Assembly (NCBI GenBank): GCA_030704615.1
Contig: CM060732.1
Coordinates: 66,526,001 to 66,590,000 of the forward strand
From: Takakia lepidozioides
Taxonomy: Eukaryota; Plantae; Bryophyta
Length of the DNA: 64,000 nt
Direction: 5' to 3'
A program made the position numbers and the translations under genes. This document shows, one piece after another, positions 24,620 to 37,860 of the stretch. The notes beneath the pieces were generated by a model, which searched no databases, was not told the DNA's origin, and saw nothing but the letters and a program-made list of their open reading frames with translations. How positions within the stretch are numbered: position 1 is the stretch's first letter; the number at the start of each line of letters is the position of its first letter.

Positions 24620-27600
24620 CAACGACGCAATGGCGTGAGCGTTGCGCGCGAGCGTACGCTCACGCCAGCTGACGTGGCGTGAGCGTCATGTCAGCATGCT
24701 GATGTGGCGATAAATGATGACGTGGCACTATCCGTCATCTACCACGTCAGCATTAACATGCGCCGCCTATAACCGAGGATGGTCCTATGACCGTGGAATT
24801 AATGCAGGGAATCTTGCCTAAATAGAATCAATACGAGCGTTGAGGCCTACAATTGCAGCATCCAACATTGTGCAATTACAAATGCTTGTTTCACTTTTAC
24901 AATTATGAGGACGAAAAATATCCTCACAAAGTATGCGCCATAAAGGCTGCCACGGGAAGACCTTCCTCCCTCCTCAAATAACAATGAGAGTTAGGATCAT
25001 CTTCAAAAGATGATTGTAGTGCATAGCGATCACATGTAGACTTCGAACGGTGCAATGACAAATGTGCACTACCTAAAAGTTGTCACTCAGAGCTCACTCC
25101 GTATAATTGGAGGCCATATCATTGCACCGTCGACGAATTGATGTGAATTACACATTTCAAATCATGGTCCTCCACATACCACATTGCATAGTTGATGCTA
25201 CCCATGTGTTGTATCCCGCTGCAATAGAGTATCGACCTCGTTGAAATTCATAGTGGCCTGGTGAATGAAGTTGTCACGTTTGGGATCGCAAACCATCCTC
25301 TTCAAAAATATGAAATACAAATGTTTGCAGGATATGAATTTACCTCTCTTGCCCAAACTGGTTGATAGCATATTCACAAAATCAGGACATGTGCAATTGG
25401 GGAAATTGGAAACCGTGATGTCGTAGGTCCTGTCATGAACAGCAGATGTGGAAGTGATGATTGTGAATACCCGACCATATCCTGGATCCGTGGTGCTTCC
25501 AACACGAGCTTGGAGCATTCTTGCGGACTCCACTTTGCCAAAGTGTTCAGCGGTTGGAGGGAAATGCCGAACGAGCTTTCTATCTCGTTTGGTTGGCCAC
25601 AAGTCAGGATTTGCCGGGGGGACCCGGGAGGACACAGAAGTAGTAGCACATGCATGGAGTTGGGGTTGTCTCGCAAGGGAAAAACCTGCCTCCTCCAGCA
25701 TTTCAATCTCCTGAAAGCTGAGATGTGTTCCCACCTTCACGGGCCAAACGGTTGGAGGAGATGGCTTCATCACTACGGAAGGACGCACAGTTCCATGCAC
25801 ACATCTGGCACAATCATCTGCGCAGAACCAGAACTTGTGGTTCTTGGCTTCTGGTTGACCTTATGGACGCATCAAGCCCGTGAAAGTCGGAGCAGGAGTT
25901 CGGGCACCACCTCTGGATATAGATGTAGTGCACTTCTCGAAATTAGTTGCCTGATCGTTGTACATTTCACACGAGACCCTACACTTGTGCGTTCTATGTG
26001 CCAAACGTGGTCGGGGCATGCGGATCCAAGCACATCAAGGGGGTTGTTTCTCTCCTGCACCATTTCAGTGGCATTGTTTGATGCTGACATCAAACCAGAG
26101 ATGCAGACTCAGCACCGTAAATTGTGCAAAGAGTACAAAGATGCTAGAACAATGAAGGAGGCGGACACTTTGTTCCAGACAATTCGTGCCTGGTGGTTCT
26201 CTTCTGGAGCTGCATCACTTGAGAGTATGAGAGCATTGGAAGATTGGCTGGCGTTTTGGCACTTCCGGTATAGACAGTGGGGAGCAGCCATGCCATTGGT
26301 ACGAGGCTTATATTTATTGCTTTATTCATACATTTGCTTTTCATTTTATTGTGTCCTCGCTTTCTTTATGTTGTTTTCTGTTCACTGTTTTGAAGTGTGG
26401 TTCTGCACTTTGCAAAACATGTCCATTGAGGAAATGGCGGACATGTCATCCTGCAATTTGGCAGAAACTGTGCACAACGCATGGTTGCAACAGTCTGGGA
26501 AACGAGGTCGGGATTTGTATGTGGCAACAACAGATGATTTGATACGTGCCTTGCAACAACAAACCCGATACCGTGATTTCTTACGAGGTGGGGTTGGTGG
26601 CAAGGGTCCGGACAAATGGGAGTTGATGTTGCGTGCTGCAAACAGATCTGGGGATCCAATCAAGATAGCACGGGCGGTGAGCATGTATGCCCAGGGAACG
26701 CCACTTGTTTCTAGAGTTCCACATCTTGAAGGGGAGGAGAGATTTGGCTCATGTAAGAGGAAATTGAACACTCCACCTGGTTCGGATTCAGATTCCCACA
26801 GGGCAGACCGTGATAACTTCTCGAAGCCTCGTGTTCCCCTGCATGACAGCTCCATGTCCGGAACCTCCATTGTGGAGGAACCTCCAACACGACGGCAAGC
26901 TCCACGACTTTGTATGTTTTTCCAGAGATTGTGTCCAATGGAATAGACATGTACGCTCTCTTCCTGGCATAGGCACTTTTGGGTCGCCCGATCCGAAGAC
27001 AATACGAACAGCATTGAAATTTGCTTGAGCACTATCCGCCATGAAACCTGCGAAATTTGGAGATGGCAGCCCATGACACGTATCAGGGAATTCCACATGA
27101 GCTTCTGGGATTCCGTATCCTCGGATTGCATATCACAAACTGCAATTGTCATAACTCGTTGGTACACTGGATCGTAGACATGACAAGCCATTGTTGTCCA
27201 ATCCTTCACTCGTTTCACATGATCAAACATAAGAAAACAGTTCTGCAAGTCCCCAGTCTTCTGCATCCGCTTCACGAGGCTAACCCCACTGCCCTCCCCA
27301 ACAGTCGACATTTTGAAAAGAAAAACTTTGATGGCACCTTGACCTGGGAATACATTGTCCTGGATGTAATCGTACTTGCTCACTCGTTTCAATTCCAAAA
27401 TGTTGTCTATGTAGTCTCTGATCTCAGAGCCCATTCTCAATGCATTGATCTGATGCCGAATGTTAGGTGAACTTAAAGTGGAGAAATGATCCATGACCAG
27501 GTCCAATGCTGCACCGTCAAGTTTAGTCCCCACAGAATCCCCTTCACTCAAAATATGGCTTTCCAAAAAGGACTTGCTTGCGCCAAGAGCAATTGCAGAT

Positions 27601-27802
27601 GTTGTTGCGGATGGGTTTCTCCCGAATTCCTGTTTAATCAACCTCGATACTGTCTCAACACTCTCCCTGTAATCCCCCTTCGAGACAGGATTGTTATGGA
27701 ATCCGAAATGCACACAAGCTCTTGTCATTGTTTTCAAACGGTGGACACCATAGTACATTCTTGCTCCACAGAGCGCCAAGCAGGATGGCACAAGTTTGCA
27801 GA
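24620..27802 (-). mobile_element. Truncated inverted copy of the MULE 3' half (transposase DDE plus SWIM plus right terminus) with an internal inversion at ~26083-26904
   Basis: 24620-~26080 is the reverse complement of 46658-~45180. 26085-26904 is a direct match to ~44363-45170. 26905-27802 is the reverse complement of 36533-37143 joined to 44076-44362 without the LTR insertion. Confidence 0.9.
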
Positions 27803-29297
27803 TGATAGCACTTACGGAGCTAAATGATACACCCATGTGGACCTTGCAGCAATTTTAGGGCCACAAAATGGAGTGACGCAGACTATGCGCAACTTGCACA
27901 TAAGATCTCCGCTTCCACTAGAAGAGACTAGTGGGTCACACACCTGCGGATCTGAAAATCGACAATAACAACAACAGCTGGCAACATGAAGACGATCGAA
28001 ATCCTGCTCATGAGTGAGAGGGAGTTGTTTGGAGTATGGTTTTATAGATAATGACACTGGCTCGCCATGAACTAATTCAGACAATCACATGTGGAAGTGT
28101 TAAAGAAAATTGTATTGTCGATCCATACGATCCGGGTATCATTAGTTCGGGCTGGAATCAGACCTATCAGTGCCCAAGCCCTAACTTTGAAGCTATTTCT
28201 TCTAGCTCTTCGTGAGCTTCCTCATGATACTTAGCTCAAAGCTTCGTGCATAACACTATAGATTGGTTGCAGGGATGCCTTGGCGTGAGCCTGGTCACGT
28301 GAGCGCGTGAGCGCAACTGCGATCATGCCACGTCACCTTGCGCCAATGCCACGTCACGGGGCTCACTCCACGTCATCACACGTGAAGGCCGCGTCACCAC
28401 GCGCCCAGAAAGAAGTGGAGTGTATTCCCGCGGATTGGCACCCTTTACCGCGGAAACAAGCTGGACGACATAATAAAAGGCATTGAATAAAGGATGGATG
28501 AATGTACAGTTGGATGATAAACAGATGGATGAGTGTGAAAAATGAATGTAGATGGATGAATGAGGGATGGATAAGAGTAAAATGGATGAATGTATAATGG
28601 ATGTTGAGCAATGACAAAAATTCATGACAGGAAGATGCATGACCAAAACTTTTGACGAATGCACAACGTATATGAAATGAGTGTGGAAGGTTTGTGGGGT
28701 GGATTAAAGAGTACAGAGGATGAATGTACAATGGATGTTGAACAAAGGAAAACATTCATGAATGGAGCACGCATGAATACACTGTAGATGAATGCACAAT
28801 GGATATGAGAAGAGTCAGGGAGGTTTGAGAGATGGATTCATACATATTGCAATTTAAATGAATGTTGATTCTGTGGTTATTATTTGTTCTAAAGGAACAA
28901 CTACGGTGGAGGAAGGGGATTCAACGTTTTCCAGATAGTATGAAAATGAATATTAAAAGAATATAGTTCAGTCTGACTCAGAGTCAGTACAATGTATCCC
29001 CGCTTCCTCTGCATCTAAGTCTAAGTATTTTAGAACACCGGATCCACGCTGGATACACCTACGGCTGGGCAGTAAAAAGTCAGGGGATAGGGACTCGGCC
29101 GCGTGAAGTGCCATTGTTTCGGCATAAACAGGAAGCAGAAAATTGGAAAGGGGGCTGTCGAAAACAGACTCGCCAGAAATGACTGTATCTCCTGAAGATC
29201 CACCGCTGCCTTTCCTGAAAGACAGCCTGAAAAAGTTATTACTGTAACTTTGATGTTATTGAGAAATTGAGTATGGCTCCCAAAGAGGGTTTAGCAC

Positions 29298-32200
29298 TTA
29301 CTCACATGAAAAATCGTTGTCGACCTGCTTATCTTCGGGATCGTCATCATTTCGAATTTGAATCCGATCAGTCTGTGTGCCTGAAGTGGAGCTAGACAAA
29401 AGGGGGAGGGGCACTGTGTTGTAGAGGTCAGAATCACCCTCCATGCCAAAAAGGCTTCTTCCGCCTGCCCTGCATGCATGGTAAGTTGCTCCTGCACCAC
29501 ACAGGAGGACATGAACAGTTTGATGGGGGGATTTAAGCAGATGAAACTGTTGAAAGAAAACCAATTCGGAAGGGAAAGAACGAACCTGTGGACACAGAAA
29601 GATCGACCACTCGTGCAGAGTGGTGGCTGCATGACTCCAGCAATATTTGCATGAACGCTGGGGACTTTTCCTTTGCACCTCTCGAGGGAGTGCCATCTGG
29701 TCTCTTCAGAGTCTGACTGGACTGCATGAAGTTGTATAAAATGTCATCGACATGGGGCTCATAGGGGGGGTTGACGAAACAACCCTGAAATCTCAAAGTT
29801 GCGGATGAAGGATGGTGTCTTGGAGGTGCGAATCCTGCGCAGGCAGATCGCCTCGAACATCCTCGTCTGCCAAAGATAGCAGGTTAGTGTGGTAAACACA
29901 ATCTATAGTGGAAGTGTGTACATCGGCTATTCAGAACTCAGACACAAAAAAATCATTTTTATCACGAATCGGTGATGATCGGTGTCGATCATAACAGATT
30001 CTACTAGAGTGGAGCTGCAGAGAACATTGAAACTCATCATGAAAGCACAAGCAGAAGGGAGACGGCATACCAGCTGACCAGGGAAACCCCCTTTCACAAG
30101 GTAGAGGCTGTTCATACAATTCCATGTGCGCAAAACTTCAAACCCTGAAGACTTGAGGTATGATGCCAATGCCCGACGACTATCATTGTCACATGACTAA
30201 AAAAGCAGAAGTGTCCCTGCATCAGAGAGGAAGTTATTACAGAACCCGAACACCCAACTCCAGTAGTTGTCCTCGAATTTGTTCCAGCCTGGCGTCTTGC
30301 CCTTTGGAAGAACTTCTGGCACAGCCTAGCCATCCGGGATGTCGAGAATGACAATGTCAGCCGCATATGTTTTCTACACACCGCACACGAAGGTGGGACC
30401 TCTGCTCACCTGCAACAGACATGTTTTTTATAAGAATGATGACAAGAATGTTTTCAAAGAACGAGACTGAAATACTGCCAACGAAATTTTCAGAGAAAAA
30501 GGAAAGAAACTGGAATTCTCACCAGATTGAGGAATGAGATTATATTGTCTCAGGTAGGGGATGACACCCCAGTGTATCTTCTCTTTCGACTCTGCATCAT
30601 CGACAGCCAACCCTCATTAAAAAATTTCATCTCTCCTGTCGAATCAGAACGGGAAGGGTGTGGCTTGGCATCGAACACGCACTGAACAGTGCGGGTATAT
30701 CTTCCAGCAGTAAAGTCCTGCCCACTCTCCATCTCCTTTTCTTTCTCCTTCCCCTTGTCCTTTTCCTTCTCTTTGGACTTGTCTTTGCTGGTGAGATGGC
30801 TATGACATCAACAGCCTTGTCTTTTGGTTTGCGGCCCGCCTTCTTTCCCTTCTGCGGCGTTCCCTGAGCATCAGGCTCCTTGGCAGCCAATGTTGCTATG
30901 TTTCGTTGGTACTCTTCGTCAGTCAAAGGCGCCAACATCTCAGCGTTATTGTTCAAGTATTTCATATGCTGTTCTTGAAAGGTCGTGTGCTCTGGTGGGC
31001 AGTCAAGGTACCACCCACAGTCTCTGAAGTGAGAAGGACTCCAGTCCTTCAATATCCCTGCTGTATACATGGTTGGATCGTTTGCAGGGTCCGACCACAT
31101 GTCAAGATAGTCTGGAATTCCGCTCAGGTGATTTCCTTCCATAAGCACATATTTTGTGTACCTGAATAAAAGGAGATAAATCCCAACCCACCAAAGTGCT
31201 CAGTGAGTAAGATGCAAGTAGAACAGAATGAAAAAAAACATAGAATGAAATGGCTCTGAGAACTGCTCCAGGACCTTTCAAGACCACACGACTGCTCAGA
31301 TGTGAATGTCGTCAAACGCCATTCAAAACATTCCATTCAATGATACTGTAAATACACCCTAATCCACGTGAATGCAAACTATCGTTTTGGAATGACACAG
31401 ACATAGAAGTGAATGTCGTCAACGACATTCACTTTGGATTTGTGAATACACTCCTAATCAAGCCTAATTATTCCTCAAATGAAGCAAAATCAAAGGATGA
31501 AATCATAAACTCGAGTAAGGAACCCTCCCGGAAAACTCAATGCACATTCATAACGAACATATCACTGAGGACCTCACAACAACACTGTATGTGAATGACG
31601 TCAACGCCATTCACAAAAAATACCAACAAGGAACCAATTACTTAGCTCCCAATCCATGTAAATTCAAATTGTCGCTGGTGAATAATACAGACACAGAAGT
31701 GAATGTCGTCAACGACATTCACTTTGGATTTCTCATACACAGCTTATCAAGCCTCCAGATTCCTCGCAAGAGGCAAAAACAATGCAGAACAACTGAATGT
31801 CTGCATTGACATTCACAAAATGAAGTGAGAACCCTCACTGTAAACTCTATGGACATTACAAAAATTTACATAACTCTGAGGACCTCTCAACAACTCCGGA
31901 TGTGAATGTCGTCAACGCCATTCAAGGACATTATCAATTCTAATCAGGGACACTATAATTACACCCTTAGATCCTAACCAGGTGAATTCATATACTCGCT
32001 TAAGAATGACTCAGACAAAGAAGTGAATGTCGTCAACGACATTCAATCTGGATCTATGATTGCAATCCTTATGAAGCCACATTTTTTCCCAAAAAAAGCA
32101 GTAGAGTTTTCAGTATGACATTGCACCTGTACACAACTCGCATCATGGCCCACTCTCCTCCAACCTGACTGTCAAAGTCGTTGGACCGTAAAATGTTACC

Positions 32201-34787
32201 ATCTTTGGAGAACTCCCGGAAAAAACAGTATCTCCAGGTGAGACCTCTCCACTTCCTTATGTATGCCTCCAATGACATTTGGGGAGGGGAAACAATCGAA
32301 ATGTTCAGGTCCTTCAAAGTCTGATCCAGCACAATGACGGCGCGCTTTTCGAGCTGCAAATTGTATATTTGTCAGAATTGCAAATAAGATACTCATCACA
32401 TACTTGAAGAGAAGAAAACGGCATATTTGAATACACACCTGACTCCAAAATGTAGCCTTGTGGAGCCAGTTATCAAACACCAAATCACTGATTCCTTCCA
32501 CCTTTGTGCCAGGCTGTATGGTGCTCTTTGGGAACTGATTCAAGTCCTTTACTGTTTGATCTGAGTTCCATATCTCCAGCCACTTATTTTTGTTTGTGGG
32601 TCGACCATCGATATGGCCAGCCGGTGCAATTTCTCCTGCTGCATCTCCGGATGCACATGCTTGTCATAGTGTGTTTTGATCTGCTGAAGGAACTCAGAAC
32701 CAAGTCCAGGATCTACTATTCTAAGCTGCTTTCCGAAGGGACATCAATTTGGTTCTTCGCATTTCAAACTCCTTCTTTATTGCAGCTTCCACACCCTTTG
32801 ATGTCCTTAGTTTGATTAGCACCGAAGGGACTACAAACATGTATTCGAAAAGTAAACTGAGTACAGACTCGGGCTTACCGCATACATGTACTCCAGAAAC
32901 GCCTCTCGTGTCAAAGAATACCAAGTGCCTGCAGCTCTTCCTGTTTCGCACTTCTTGATTATATTGGGTGGAGTACTGTCCGAAAATCATCCAGCTTCAT
33001 CAGACCAATCCTCTGAATTCGGAATAGTGTGTGACCAAGCTTGTTGTCACATGCGATTTCTCTGTCGATCTGCAAAAACATTGGAAACATTGCATTCCTT
33101 AACACTGTTTTTTGGGGATTAATAAGACACTACAGAGGGAATGAAATCTCCTGGATGACTTACTTGTTCACGTCGTGCATAGCTGTAAGAAGCCTAGCGA
33201 TGTCGTTTCCAGGATCCAAAACCATTGCCTCCACAGCAACATGCTTGTCTTTGTCTTTCGCATGGTGTTTCTGAATGTATCCCATCCATGCCAGCAATCG
33301 GTGGTTGCCGTCCCAGACGTAGAACATGTGGTTGCAGAATTGCTGGGTGTTCTTTCCCATCATGAGGCCCAGCTCGAACTCCTCATTGGCATCTTTCCAG
33401 CACTCATCCCAGTTATCACTGATCTCTGGAGACACTAATGTGCTTTTCCCATTTATATCCGTCAGTGACACATAAAAAACTTGTGCACCAAGTCTATATC
33501 CATGCACAAAATCACTCTCCAATTTTGTTATGTCATGGGAAAGAGGTGGACGCACAACAGGCATAGATATCATCCGGCACAGAGGGATGTCCAGACGCCC
33601 TCCAGATACGAGCATGTCCCTTATAACCTCCTGAGAGTTTACCTTCTGGAATGACATGAGTTCTTTCACCTTGTCAAGGTAGTGCACTTCAGATTCATCT
33701 GCTTCATCTGTATTCTCTGAGCTTTTTCCGGACTCGTCCCCATCTCCAGATCCTTTCCCCTCTGATCCTGTAGGCTTCGACCTCACAGTTTTCTGCACGA
33801 TGCCATTCAATTCTGACTGAGTAATTTGCAAATAGTGAACGGCGGTAACGACCATCACTCTGTCTCCAAGAAACTCACTATGAATGGTGTGAAACAATTC
33901 AGCACAATCTACACAAGCAAAGCTGATCCTGCCGTATTCAAAACAAAAGCGAGAGCGATAGCGAACGGCGTTAACGACAATCACAAAAGATAAGGACCTG
34001 CCGGATCGGTGTTGTGTAATGACATCTATGTGTAAGTGATTGGCGGCAACGACATTCAGTATAGTTTAGGGCGGACAGTAAGTGCAGATTATTCAGATTG
34101 ACTCCATTGTGATTACCGTCGCATGACTGCTTGAAAGGCAATCTCTGAACAACGATGATTGACCGACCCTCACTCTCTCTTCAAACACATAGGTACATAA
34201 ATCTCATGAGGAGAATCGAATGGCGTTAACGACGCTCGAATTCAGTAGTGTTCCTGCTAAAGAAGGGAAGAGGAAGGACTGCTTGAAAGGCAATCAGACA
34301 GACTGTATGATCTGAACAACAGTGAATGACGGTACCGTAGTCACCCACTCATTGTGCGGTAAACCCTTAGCAGAGGAGTAGAAAGCAAATCACCGTTGTG
34401 ATGGTCGGTAGCGACAATCCCTGTCTGGGACATTCCACTCAATCTCTACGCAGATCTTCAACAATGAAATGTAAGTTAGAGAAAACTTACTGGCGCCTTC
34501 TTAGGTTTTGAAATTGGATCCCCTTCTGCAGCTTTCCTCTTCCCTCTCACATCTGCTGGAATTTCTGTCTGCTCTAGGGTTTCTGGACCTTCTCCCGGTT
34601 CGGCGTTCCTCGTGCTTCCACCTCCTTCAGTGTCCCTGCGAGTCATCTCTGCATCCACAGGCTGGCGCACTCTTATCGCCGACTGTGTCACAGCCGCTGC
34701 CTCAGTCTCCGTCTGCTCTTGTGAATCAGTCTCCGCGTTCACCTGCTGCCTTGGCCCTGTGTTCTCCAACAAACGACGCCTCGTCAT
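29298..34787 (-). CDS. Multi-exon ParB/Srx-like domain plus beta-class N6-adenine/N4-cytosine methyltransferase-like fusion gene (disrupted in this assembly)
   Basis: Exon 1 is 34787-34491 (GTAAGT donor). The ParB-like exon contains FYVWDGNHRLLAW (DGNHR 33298-33312). MTase exons read ADIVILDIPDG (DIPD 30343-30332), NNFLSDAGTLLLF, YLKSSGFEVLRTW and KEKSPAFMQILLESCSHHSARVVDLSVST|GATYHACRAGGRSLFGMEGD, the last across a GT-AG intron at 29585-29492. Two TAG stops and several 1-bp shifts are present. Confidence 0.78.
31302..32046. repeat. Intronic array of six 24-28 bp palindromes (three ~290-320 bp units with two motifs each)
   Basis: GTGAATGTCGTCAACG(A/C)CATTCA at 31302, 31409, 31591, 31699, 31902 and 32023. 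The copies at 31407 and 31697 have perfect 13-bp arms. Confidence 0.92.
33835..34420. repeat. Second cluster of degenerate palindromes of the same family in intron 1
   Basis: gtgaacggcggtaacgaccatcac (33835), gcgaacggcgttaacgacaatcac (33961), gtgattggcggcaacgacattcag (34036), cgaatggcgttaacgacgctcg (34217), gtgaatgacggtaccgtagtcac (34322) and gtgatggtcggtagcgacaatcc (34398). Confidence 0.75.
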
Positions 34788-37143
34788 TTGCTCTCTTGCT
34801 CTGCGTCTCTCTCTAAGGGAAGTAAAATAAAGAGACTTTCTTCTCTTTCGTATTGTAGAAGGAACCCTCTCCAGCTTGACTACCACTCTCTCTCTAAGCG
34901 CGAAAAGTAGAAAAAACGCAGTGACTCCCGATTTCTTGCGGGATTGCCTGCGTTGTTGCTTGTCTCTAGAAGCATCGGATTCCCTCTCGCGTGACCGTTA
35001 CACATAGTCGTTCCCTTATTAGTGCACATGCCAGCAATTGTGTACAGCTGTTCGTATTCAGTTATGGATGTCTGACGTGTGTCGCCCAAAATAAACGGCG
35101 TGTTCTTTATTAGAACGGTTTCAATATTTAAAAATAACAGCGAATCCCAGAAATCTTGGCGCACAGTCTTACACAAATAAATGTAAATGAACGAGAGTTT
35201 GATGACAAATTTTGGAATATCATACACGGTCATCCTTGTTAGCCAAACCCCACATTCGTTTCACATTTGGAACTTTCCAGGTGCGCATGATCATTGGTAG
35301 TAGTATAAAGATACATTTACTTAATCTGCAATCCCATCCTCAGATCCTGTGGCATGCTTCCAGGAAGTCGGCTTTGTTATTGGGTTTATTGATGAGGTTC
35401 TGATTAACGGTTTAACAGCTGCCGACACTGCTCCTAGGGATACTCTGACCACTGGGCCCACAAGAAAAGTAATTAAAATGGACGGCTGCATATCTGGAAA
35501 GAATAACATAATATGCACAGTCGTTGTCTGAGCTTCCTCCGCCATATTCTCTGCTCATTCTTCAACTGTGTTCTGGAGACATCAGTAAACCGATTTACAC
35601 TAGATCTGCGATAGCAAGGTATAAACGTACGCGAGGAAGGAAGATGGCTTCCTCTGAAGCGGAGTTCTTCTCTGACGACAAACCAGTGCCGTTCTCCCAG
35701 GAAGTCCTTGACAATGGATTTGCAATTGTTTTGGAACATGTCTTGGCTACCCGTTTTCAGCTGCAGAATGGCTCCATCTTTTTGGAGAAAGAGGTGTACG
35801 ATCTTAAAGGGAAGTTGTTGAAATACTCTTTCCAAAACCGTGATGAGACGGCTCATATCAGCCAGTGGAGAGTGCGTCCTGGTCGATACAGAGTACTTGG
35901 AGAGCCTCGGCGAAAGTCCCTTGGGTCATATGTGACGCCCGGACTGCTGCTTCGGTCGTTGAAGACAAGAGGGAGGTGGTGGTGAAAAAAGAACAGACGT
36001 CCTCCACTCCAATCGTTGAGCTTTCGGATTCGTCCGATGATGACATAAGTGAAATTCCAAATCCAGTCCTTCCTACTGTGGTTGGAGAAGCTGATGAAGA
36101 AGAGATTTTGTAGTGTCATTCCAAAATTGCGGGCGATGGGAGGAATGGCTGGATTCAAAAGTGAGTTGCGGGGAATTGATTGGGAATCTTTGAAGCAGGT
36201 GCCTGTGAAGTTCTTGCCGGAGACTTTTGATGGCGATATCCTATTCGAGCTGCCTCCTCCTCGCGAGTTGGAGGTGTAACAATCATGATGCATGGAATGG
36301 ACAAGAAACACGACGGGCACCCGTGGTGCAGAACAAAAACATCCAATTCAGAATGATGACAAGCTTGTTTTCAGGAGGACAGTTTGCAATGGACACCTTA
36401 GGTGTGATAATTTGAATTGCAGACACTTTCTTCAGTCTGGGGTTCATAATCAAAGCGAATGGGAGGGTCTGGCGGAAAATCCATTTCAGCCTGGGACTGC
36501 CCCTCCACCGGCAAACACTTTCGTCTGCAAATTCTGCAAACTTGTGTCATCCTGGTGCTCTGCGGAGCAAGAATGTACTATGTTGTCCACCGTTTGAAAA
36601 CAATGACAAGAGCTTGTGTGCATTTTGGATTCCATAACCATCCTGTCTCGAAGGGGGATTACAGGGAGAGTGTTGAGACAGTATCGAGGTTGATTAAACA
36701 GGAGTTCGGGAGAAACCCATCCGCAACAACATCTGCAATTGCTCTTGCGCAAGCAAGTCCTTCTTGGAAAGCCATATTTTGAGTGAAGGGATTCTGTGGG
36801 GACTAAACTTGACGGTGCAGCATTGGACCTGGTCATGGATCATTTCTCCACTTTAAGTTTACCTAACATTCGGCATCAGATCAATGCATTGAGAATGGAC
36901 TCTGGGATCAGAGGCTACATAGACAACATTTTGGAATTGAAACGAGTGAGCAAGTACGATTACATCCAGGACAATGTATTCCCAGGTCAAGTGTCATCAA
37001 AGTTTTCTTTTCAAAATGTCGACTGTTGGGGAGGGCAGTGGGTTAGCCTTGTGAAGCGGATGCAGAAGACTGGGGACTTGCAGAACTGTTTTCTTATGTT
37101 TGATCATGTGAAACGAGTGAAGGATTGGACGACAATGGCTTGT

Positions 37144-37860
37144 TGTCGCGGCCCTTTGCCTTGAGGGCGGGGGTCGGGACACATGAGGGGCTGCCCCTGT
37201 GGTGGGGGCAGCGGCAGATAGGTATGGGGGCTGAAGCACCCTTGAGTGCCCAAGGCACTCAAGGAGGCGGAGGCGCTCACTAGGTGGAGCCCCGCACACC
37301 GGGTTGCGGTGGGGGTGGCTCCACAAGGGGTGGTGGTAGCTTAGCGGGACTTAGTGGGGTGGCATAGGACTCACCATGGGGCGGAGACCTCGTGGTGGGA
37401 GTCGTGGGGAGTCTTGGGACTCATCACGGTCCATAGGGGCCGTGGTGAGTGGGCCAAGACTCACCGCGACTCATCACCGGGAGTCGAGGGTTTTCGTGGT
37501 GGTTCGCCATAAAATGGCATGGCTGGTTGTGAAACCCCCGCGGACAGCTACAGAAGTATATATAGGGAGTAGTAACCCCGAGAACGTGCAAGCCCGTTGG
37601 TGAGTGACCAAAACTAGTGAGTAAGCGAGCGAGCCGGAAAGCGACCAAAGAGTGGGGAGCTGTTCCGGACTGCCAACTACCAAAGGGAATTCCCCTGGCC
37701 AAATCGGTGGAGGGTTCTTTGGGAGCAAAGGGGGACCGTTATGCCCGGTGAGCAGCCGAAGCTCCAAGTTGGCCCGGCGGCCAGGTTGGGAGTCAGGCGC
37801 GCGCATCAAAGCGAGTAACTATGACTTGAAGGGGAGCTTACCGAAGTGAGGTGCGCGACA
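37144..37860 (+). repeat. 5' LTR
   Basis: Near-identical to 43348-44070 and followed by the PBS. Confidence 0.95.

Noticed and set aside
25435-27836. 503-aa and 484-aa ORFs as novel genes
   Set aside because: They are chimeras of sense and antisense transposase sequence created by the internal inversion and intron read-through.
29755-29780. NPPY in ORF 29533..29796 as the MTase catalytic motif IV
   Set aside because: It arises at a G7 homopolymer frameshift (the spliced upstream frame reads FRQPP). It also lies in the variable region, whereas the structurally appropriate motif IV (hydrophobic strand plus DIPD) is at 30343-30332.
31302-32046. CRISPR array
   Set aside because: Spacers are ~80-180 bp, unequal and related to each other in alternation; the array is in a eukaryotic intron and there are no cas genes.
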